DNA from: Candidatus Multivoradales bacterium
GTDB lineage: Bacteria; Acidobacteriota; Thermoanaerobaculia; Multivoradales; JAHEKO01
Reading direction: 5' to 3'
NCBI GenBank assembly: GCA_965223855.1
Contig: CBDCXM010000009.1
Span: forward strand, 416,001-480,000
DNA length: 64,000 nt
Shown: piece by piece, positions 58,217 to 64,000 of the stretch
How positions within the stretch are numbered: the first letter of the stretch is position 1
Layout: each line of letters opens with the position of its first letter
Program-made: the position numbers and the translations under genes
Notes under the pieces: model-generated
The model's database searches: none
Told to the model about the DNA's origin: nothing
What the model saw: the letters and a program-made list of their open reading frames with translations, nothing else

Positions 58217-58660
58217 TCAGACCGGATACTCGATCCGCACCCAGGTTCCGGGGGTGCCCTGCCGGTAGCTCACCTGCACCTGGCGCCCGCCGCGCTCGAA
58301 CGCCCCGTCCTCGAGCTCGGTCCAGCCGGAGGAACGCAACTGCTGCTTGTAGCGCCGTTCGACGACCGACGGCTGGGCCGGTACCGACAGTTCGATGAAG
58401 CTGCGGCCGGAGGTCGCGGGCCCGTAGTTGATGAGGCTGGCGGACGCGTAGAGCGGCAGGTCGGAGGGGAAGTCGCCCGGCATTCTCACGCCGGTGTTGT
58501 CCTCCGCCGAGCGCGCCTGCAGATCGTAGTCGGTCGTCAGGTTGGCATCGACCGGTGCGGCGACGTCCTCGGTCTCGAGCACCTCGGGCTCGGGCGCCTC
58601 GGTGGCGCGGCAACCGCCGAGAACGACGAGCAAGCCGGCTAGCAGGCAGGCATTTCTCAT
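58217..58660 (-). CDS. Hypothetical lipoprotein
   Basis: Lipobox LGGC; MPGDFPSDLPLY motif. Confidence 0.75.
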   Translation of the reverse strand: MRNACLLAGLLVVLGGCRATEAPEPEVLETEDVAAPVDANLTTDYDLQARSAEDNTGVRMPGDFPSDLPLYASASLINYGPATSGRSFIELSVPAQPSVVERRYKQQLRSSGWTELEDGAFERGGRQVQVSYRQGTPGTWVRIEYPV

Positions 58661-59370
58661 GTGACGAATCTAACAGAGCTCTCAGCGACCACCGTCAGCT
58701 CGCGGGTGAGCGTGCGGAGGTCGGCGCCGATCGAGCGATCGACCCGACGGGCATGCATCCCCAGCGCCTTCGGGCCCTCGACATCTTCGAGCTCGCGATC
58801 GCCCAGGTGCAGCACCTGCTCGGCCGGCAGCTCGAGCAGGCTCAGAGCGGTCTGGAAGATCAGAGGATGCGGTTTCTCGACGCCCGCCCCCTGGGAGGTG
58901 ACGATCGACTCGAACGCCTCGCCGATCCCGAGTCGGGCCAGGAGCCGTGGCAGCCGCTCGTCCCAGTTGGCGATCACCGCCACTCGCAGACCGGCACGCC
59001 GCAGCGCCGCCAGCGTCGATTCGACCTCCGGGTAGAGCGACCATGCCTCGGCCCGGCCGAAGCGGTCGTAGAGCTCCGCAGCCGCGAAGCGGGTCGGGGG
59101 CGGAGCGTCGAGGTGCTCGCAGAAGCGCTCGAGGAAGCGCCGCCACCAGCCGGCGGCGCCTTCCGGATGGGTGCCGAAGCGATCGCTGCCGGTGTCGTTG
59201 GCGCAGTCGAACTCCTGCCACACCTCGAGGATCAGTTCGCGCGCGGCCAGCGCGTCGACGGCGTAGCCGTGGCGGGTGAGAACCTCGGCATAGACCTGCC
59301 CCAATCGAGGACTGTGAAACAGCGTCCCGGTCGCGTCGAGCGTCACCGCGCGCACCCGCAACGGGTTCAT
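58657..59370 (-). CDS. HAD-IA family hydrolase (REG-2/HDHD3-like)
   Basis: LDATGTLF, ANWDERL, EKPHPLIF, HLGD...DVEG. Confidence 0.93.
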   Translation of the reverse strand: MNPLRVRAVTLDATGTLFHSPRLGQVYAEVLTRHGYAVDALAARELILEVWQEFDCANDTGSDRFGTHPEGAAGWWRRFLERFCEHLDAPPPTRFAAAELYDRFGRAEAWSLYPEVESTLAALRRAGLRVAVIANWDERLPRLLARLGIGEAFESIVTSQGAGVEKPHPLIFQTALSLLELPAEQVLHLGDRELEDVEGPKALGMHARRVDRSIGADLRTLTRELTVVAESSVRFVT

Positions 59371-59415
59371 CGCTCGCTCCTGATGACGGCGAACGCTGTG
59401 CTAGCGTCTCGACCG

Positions 59416-59559
59416 GTGAGCAGGGACCAGCGCATCGTCCTGGCGTGCATCGCCTTCGCGGCGTGGATGGGGTTGCTGATGATCGGCTGGATCGGCGGTG
59501 GAGTCGTCCATCTGCTGCTGCCGCTGGCGCTCGTCATCGTCCCATGGAGCCGTCTCTGA
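59416..59559 (+). CDS. Small membrane protein (47 aa, lmo0937/DUF5670-like)
   Basis: GTG; two hydrophobic helices with GGVVHLLL. Confidence 0.5.
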   Translation: MSRDQRIVLACIAFAAWMGLLMIGWIGGGVVHLLLPLALVIVPWSRL

Positions 59560-59578
59560 GACGGCTCGCCCAGGCGGC

Positions 59579-59851
59579 TCATTCGCGCGGCCTCCACGAA
59601 GACAGGTTCTGCACCGCCCGGACGACCAGGAAAGCGAGCGCGCCGAACGCCAGGCCGCTCATCGTGGCGTAGGCCCACGGCAGACCGCGCAGATAGTGGA
59701 CCGCCGGGATCGCCAGTGCCGCCGTGGCGACGCCGGCCGCGACTCTGGGGCCGAGCGGCCCGAGGTCGGCCGAGCCGCCCGGTGAAGGGACACTGCCGGG
59801 CACGCCCTGACCGGGCGCGGATCCGTCACGTTCGAAGCGCGAGCGCTTCAT
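59579..59851 (-). CDS. Small hypothetical membrane protein
   Basis: Two TM segments, follows FAH gene. Confidence 0.55.
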   Translation of the reverse strand: MKRSRFERDGSAPGQGVPGSVPSPGGSADLGPLGPRVAAGVATAALAIPAVHYLRGLPWAYATMSGLAFGALAFLVVRAVQNLSSWRPRE

Positions 59852-59876
59852 GCCCGTCCCCCGCCGCCGGCGAGCG

Positions 59877-60647
59877 TCACCACTCGGCAGCCTCCACCCG
59901 GCTCTCGAGCGTGCCGACCGAGGAGACCTCGATTTCGACCCGGTCGCCGGGGGCGAGCGGTCCCACTCCAGCGGGGGTTCCGGTCAGCACCAGGTCACCC
60001 GGCTCGAGGGTCATCATCCGCGAGATGTAGACCAGCTGCTCGACGATCCCCCACTCCATGTCGGCCACCGAGCCGCGCTGGCGCCCCTCGCCACCGATGC
60101 GCGTAACCACCTCGAGGGCCTCCAGATCGGGCTCGACCTGGATCGCCGGGCCGAGCGGGCAGAACGTGTCGAACGACTTGCCGCGCGCGAACGTCGCGTC
60201 CTTCCTCTGGAGGTCGCGCGCGGTGACGTCGCACGCCGCCGTCACGCCGAGGATGGCGCCGCGCGCCTGCTCGGGCGTAGCGCGGGTCAGGCGGTGGCGC
60301 ACCACCACGGCAATCTCCCCCTCGTACTCCACCCGCTCGCTCTCCGGCGGCAGCACGATCGGCGCCCCGGGACCGATCACCGAGCTCGGCGCCTTGAGGA
60401 AGAGGAGCGGCTCTTCCGGCATCGGGTTGTCGAGCTCGGCGGCATGCTCGCGGTAGTTGCGGCCGACGCCGACGATCTTCCCCGGCAGCACCGGCGGCAG
60501 CAGGCCGCCCCCCTCCTCGACCTCGCGCCCGAACTCCCAGCCGCCGGGTCGCGTCTCGAACGGGTCGGAGAAGAGCACCCGCAGCGGTTCGCCTTCGGCC
60601 TCGCGGGCCGCATGAAACCCCTCCGGGCCGAGGCGGTAGAGCAGCAT
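59877..60647 (-). CDS. Fumarylacetoacetate hydrolase family protein
   Basis: KIVGVGRNYREH, YEGEIAVV, DVTARDLQ, KSFDTFCPLGP, LTGTPAGVG. Confidence 0.96.
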   Translation of the reverse strand: MLLYRLGPEGFHAAREAEGEPLRVLFSDPFETRPGGWEFGREVEEGGGLLPPVLPGKIVGVGRNYREHAAELDNPMPEEPLLFLKAPSSVIGPGAPIVLPPESERVEYEGEIAVVVRHRLTRATPEQARGAILGVTAACDVTARDLQRKDATFARGKSFDTFCPLGPAIQVEPDLEALEVVTRIGGEGRQRGSVADMEWGIVEQLVYISRMMTLEPGDLVLTGTPAGVGPLAPGDRVEIEVSSVGTLESRVEAAEW

Positions 60648-60708
60648 GCCGGGATTCTAACGACCTCTCCCCCCTCGACCCGACGGAGACAGTCCCTCCG
60701 GCAGGCCC

Positions 60709-62856
60709 TCAGGCGAGAGCGAGTCGCGGCTTCTCTTCCGTGTCCGGTTGCCGGCGCTCGGCGGGCAGGCGGACGCGCACCCGCGCTCCGCCCTCATCGC
60801 CGTTGGTGAGCCGCAGCCGGCCGCCGTGGTCCTCGACGATCCGCTCGACGATCGCCAGTCCGAGCCCCAGCCCCCCGGGGCGCCGGGAGAAGAACGGCTC
60901 GCAGCCGCGCTCGAGCGCCTCGACGCCGAAGCCCCTGCCCTGGTCGTGAACCGTGGCGTCGACCCAGAGATCGCCCTCGGCGTCCTCGTGGGTACCGGCC
61001 ATGACCGAGACCGTCGAGCCGGGTGGGGAATGCTGGAGGGCGTTCGAGATCAGATTGGAGAACAGCGACACCACCGCCTCACGGTTCATCGGCACGACGG
61101 CGTCGTCGAGCTCGAGCTCGAGTTCGAGTTCGACCGCGACCCGAACCTCGGCTGCCAGCGGTGAGCAGTCCTCGGCGGCGCGCTCGATCACCTCGTGGAG
61201 ACTGCCGTCCTTGCGCTCGAGGCCCGCCGAGCGGCCGTAGGCGAGCAGCCCGTTCATCAGGTTCGTCATCCGATCGACCTGCGATCGCAGGCCGTCGAGA
61301 TAGGGGCGCAGGTCGGTGTCGTCGGCGAAGCTCGCCCGCATCGCGTCGAGAGTCGCGGAAACCCCGAACAGGGGGTTACGCACCTCGTGGGCGACACCGC
61401 CGACGAGTGCGCCGATCGCCGCCAGCTTCTCGCCGCGGCGCAATGAGTCCTCGAGCTCGACGACCTCGGTCGCGTCCTGGAGCACCAGCACGACCCGCTC
61501 GTCCCAGAAGCGCCTCGTGAGCGTCGCGGTGAGCTGCCAGTAGCGGGTCTCCGACGAGGTCGTGCGGTGCATCGACTGACCCCGCTCCTCGGTCTCCTGA
61601 ACCGCCTTGACCAGCTCCGCAGCCGTCTCCCACGGTTCTCCCTCGAGGGAACCGAGTCTTCGCCCCTTCACCTCGTCCCACGGCAGGGTCGCCAGTTGCT
61701 GTGCCGCGCGGTTGAGGCGCCGGATCCGCCCCAGGGTGTCGAGGATCAGCACCGGCGACTCGACGGTGTCGAAGGTCACCTGCCACTCCTGAGCGACCTG
61801 CTGAATCACCCGGCGTAGCGACTTCTCGCGCTCGAGCGTCTTGCGCTCCGAGATCTCGAGCACCATGCCGGAGACGAGCTGCAGGCGGCCCTTCTCGTCG
61901 AAGATCGGCTGGCCGCGCTCCTCGACCCACGACCACTCGCCGTCGGCGTTGCGAATGCGGTAGTCGACGACGTAGTCGGTCCGCTCGAGCACCGCCAGGT
62001 CCTTCTTGGAACCGACCGCTGAGCGGTCCTCGGGGTGACAGAGGTCGAGCATCGTCTTGAGCTCGTCCGAGAGCTGATCGACGGAGCGCCCGGTCATCTC
62101 CTCCACCGACCCGCCGAGGAAGAGGATCCGCGGCTCGACTCCCGGCACCGAGAGGTGGACGATGCCGGGAACGTTGTCGACCAGCGTCCGGAACTGACTC
62201 TCGCTTTCGCGCAGCTTCCGCTTCGAGCTCCAAAGCGACCGCGATGCGCGCGCCGCCAGCGAAGCGACCACGAAGAGCAGGGACACGGTCACCAGCGTCA
62301 CGATCACCTGGGTACGCCACGGTACCGGTCGGGCGCCCATCAGCTCGTGGTGCGGGAGCCAGCCGACCTGCTCGGCGACGACCATCAACGTGAAGGCCAG
62401 CGAGCACATGCCGGCGACGAGGAACGGCATCCGGGCGCGGCCGAGAAAGCCCGCATAGGCGATCAGTGCGGCGTAGATCAGCGTCAGGTTGGTCGCCTCG
62501 ATGCCGCCCGAGAAGTGGATCGCCGCCGTGTAGCCGACGATCTCCAGCGCATGCACGACGAGCGACCAGGCGATCACTCCTCCGCGGGTCGAGAGCCGCC
62601 GCAGCACCAGCAGCGTCGGCGGATTGATGGCGATGACGTACAGCAGCGCGGCGCTGATCCCGAGAAAGCTCGTCGACGGCAACACCCCGAACATCTGCGC
62701 GGCCACCGCCGCGAGCCACATCACGGCAGCGGCTCGCGACCGCACCATCGCCGCATGAGCGAAGCGGCGGTAGATGCGTTCCTGGTCGGCGGCCCTCAGT
62801 TGGCGGCGCGACGCCGTCTGCGAGTTGGGGTCGAAGCCCTCGAAGTCGTAGCTCAC
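60709..62856 (-). CDS. Multi-TM, two-PAS sensor histidine kinase
   Basis: About 6 N-terminal TM; CHPEDR PAS; AHEVRNPL H-box, NLISNA, DQGRG, GLGLGL. Confidence 0.95.
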   Translation of the reverse strand: MSYDFEGFDPNSQTASRRQLRAADQERIYRRFAHAAMVRSRAAAVMWLAAVAAQMFGVLPSTSFLGISAALLYVIAINPPTLLVLRRLSTRGGVIAWSLVVHALEIVGYTAAIHFSGGIEATNLTLIYAALIAYAGFLGRARMPFLVAGMCSLAFTLMVVAEQVGWLPHHELMGARPVPWRTQVIVTLVTVSLLFVVASLAARASRSLWSSKRKLRESESQFRTLVDNVPGIVHLSVPGVEPRILFLGGSVEEMTGRSVDQLSDELKTMLDLCHPEDRSAVGSKKDLAVLERTDYVVDYRIRNADGEWSWVEERGQPIFDEKGRLQLVSGMVLEISERKTLEREKSLRRVIQQVAQEWQVTFDTVESPVLILDTLGRIRRLNRAAQQLATLPWDEVKGRRLGSLEGEPWETAAELVKAVQETEERGQSMHRTTSSETRYWQLTATLTRRFWDERVVLVLQDATEVVELEDSLRRGEKLAAIGALVGGVAHEVRNPLFGVSATLDAMRASFADDTDLRPYLDGLRSQVDRMTNLMNGLLAYGRSAGLERKDGSLHEVIERAAEDCSPLAAEVRVAVELELELELDDAVVPMNREAVVSLFSNLISNALQHSPPGSTVSVMAGTHEDAEGDLWVDATVHDQGRGFGVEALERGCEPFFSRRPGGLGLGLAIVERIVEDHGGRLRLTNGDEGGARVRVRLPAERRQPDTEEKPRLALA

Positions 62857-63551
62857 GCAACCCCCGCGAGGACGAACGCCTTGTCGCGTTCCGAGCCCCA
62901 GAAGAGCGAACGGGTGCCGGAGAGTGTCGCCCCCTCCTCGTCGCGTGTCCAGCGGACCTCACCGACCATCAGGCAAGGGTCGCTCGCCTTTGGCGGGTAG
63001 ATCAGGAAGGCTGCGAACTGGTGCTCCGGCAGCTCTTCGTGTGTGAGGAACGAAAGGCCGTGCTCGGAGATGTCGCGCAGCGACGCCCGTCGGGGGTTGA
63101 GCTGCGCAGCGGTCAGATCGGGGATCGACAGCGGGATGTAGTCGACCCGCCAGTCGACCGGGAAGCGCTCGGGACGCGGCAGGTGCGAGGCTCTGTCGAG
63201 CACCGTATCGCGCACCATCCCCGTGAAGTCCTCTCCCGAGAATGGCTTGTCGAGAACCGCCGCGAAGAGCTCGAGGTCGGTGTCAGAGAGCTTGCGGCGG
63301 TCGGCCGTCACCAGACAGACCGGCAGCTCCGGATCGATCGCCCGCACCTTGCGGGCGAGGTCCGCGCCGTTCCAGACCGGCATGTCGAAGTCGGTGACGA
63401 CGAGATCGAACGAGCGGCTCACCACGCGCTCGAGTGCCTTGCGCGGATCGGTGGCGGTCGTCGCGTTGCCCCCCTCCGCCTCGACGAAGTCAGCGAGAAG
63501 GCGACCGACGTACGGGTCGTCGTCGACAACCAGAATCGACTTCGTCTTCAT
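62853..63551 (-). CDS. Response regulator receiver - PilZ domain protein
   Basis: GGAGGG RBS; VVDDD, TDFDMP, KPF; RPERF...DISEHG, GEVRW. Confidence 0.88.
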   Translation of the reverse strand: MKTKSILVVDDDPYVGRLLADFVEAEGGNATTATDPRKALERVVSRSFDLVVTDFDMPVWNGADLARKVRAIDPELPVCLVTADRRKLSDTDLELFAAVLDKPFSGEDFTGMVRDTVLDRASHLPRPERFPVDWRVDYIPLSIPDLTAAQLNPRRASLRDISEHGLSFLTHEELPEHQFAAFLIYPPKASDPCLMVGEVRWTRDEEGATLSGTRSLFWGSERDKAFVLAGVA

Positions 63552-63660
63552 TCGCCCTCCGAAACCCCATACCGGCGAAACCGTGAGCCGCTCCCCCCAG
63601 GTCGACTCTTCGCTCGGTAACGCCAAGGATACAACCTCCGCATGCTCGAATCGTCCGTCT

Positions 63661-63999
63661 CTACTCCTGAGGCACCCAGGAGGTGATCGACATCGGCTCG
63701 GTGAGGCCGTTGCTGAACGGAACGTGGGTGTCCCAGAACGGGTACGAGGTCCCCCACAGATACCCGTTGCCCCACAGGTAGCCGTTACCCCACAGATAGC
63801 CGTCGGGCCACAGGAAGTCCTTCTGCCAGTTGTAGCCGTTGCCCCACAGATAGCCGCCGCCCCACAGGTAACCGTCGACCCCTTCGATGAAGAAGTTGCC
63901 GTCGGAGTCGAGGTCGGCCGGACCGCCGAAGTGATGGCTGCCGGCGAGGTCGGCACGGACGTCGAGACCGACGTTGGCGCAGTCGAACGTCCACGACTG
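63661..63999 (-). CDS. C-terminus of probable S8 (AprX-like) serine peptidase with Trp hexapeptide repeats; truncated by window edge, absent from ORF track
   Basis: Open frame QSWTFDCANVGLDVRADLAGSHHFGGPA...GYLWG repeats...TSWVPQE*; catalytic domain not visible, family call from recalled tail pattern. Confidence 0.6.
   Translation of the reverse strand, partial: QSWTFDCANVGLDVRADLAGSHHFGGPADLDSDGNFFIEGVDGYLWGGGYLWGNGYNWQKDFLWPDGYLWGNGYLWGNGYLWGTSYPFWDTHVPFSNGLTEPMSITSWVPQE
63748..63873 (-). repeat. Seven tandem 18-bp coding repeats (GYLWGN consensus)
   Basis: GYLWGG GYLWGN GYNWQK DFLWPD GYLWGN GYLWGN GYLWGT. Confidence 0.9.
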
Positions 64000-64000
64000 A

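Noticed and set aside
63748-63873. 18-bp tandem repeats as CRISPR or non-coding array
   Set aside because: No spacers; in-frame with third-position variation, so coding
62853-63956. Track ORF of 367 aa with Cys/Thr-rich N-terminus (CGAAAICGATAT...)
   Set aside because: N-terminal part is an out-of-frame reading of the GYLWG repeats; true start is ATG 63551 with RBS

Overview
Very GC-rich, densely coding bacterial chromosome segment. The gene repertoire (PadR plus small partner, wHTH-TolB regulator, kinase-FGE-hydrolase fusion, C-terminal IFEDGFESGDTSAWS and PVELMEF tails, amidase-GerMN-murI-rph block) suggests an Acidobacteriota (Thermoanaerobaculia-like) genome; this is inference. The right third is housekeeping: tRNA-Glu(CTC), amidase/GerMN/murI/rph, mpl, and a complete single-operon F1Fo ATP synthase whose alpha and beta subunits look Planctomycetota-like. 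The left two thirds are accessory transport, secreted and regulatory genes. Most interesting signals: (1) a 968-aa unknown protein paired with a putative caspase-fold (His-Cys) protease (18632-22617); (2) a REP-associated HUH tyrosine transposase with five copies of a non-GTAG REP-like motif, including a ~95-bp REPIN-like doublet that decapitates a nucleotidyltransferase-like gene; (3) an inverted, hairpin-interrupted copy of the tRNA 3' end beside tRNA-Glu; (4) a truncated probable S8 protease ending in seven GYLWGN-type repeats upstream of a receiver-PilZ protein and a multi-TM histidine kinase; (5) a delta-class carbonic anhydrase with duplicated upstream boxes; (6) small ORFs missing from the track. 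All product calls come from motif recognition by eye; no database search was run.
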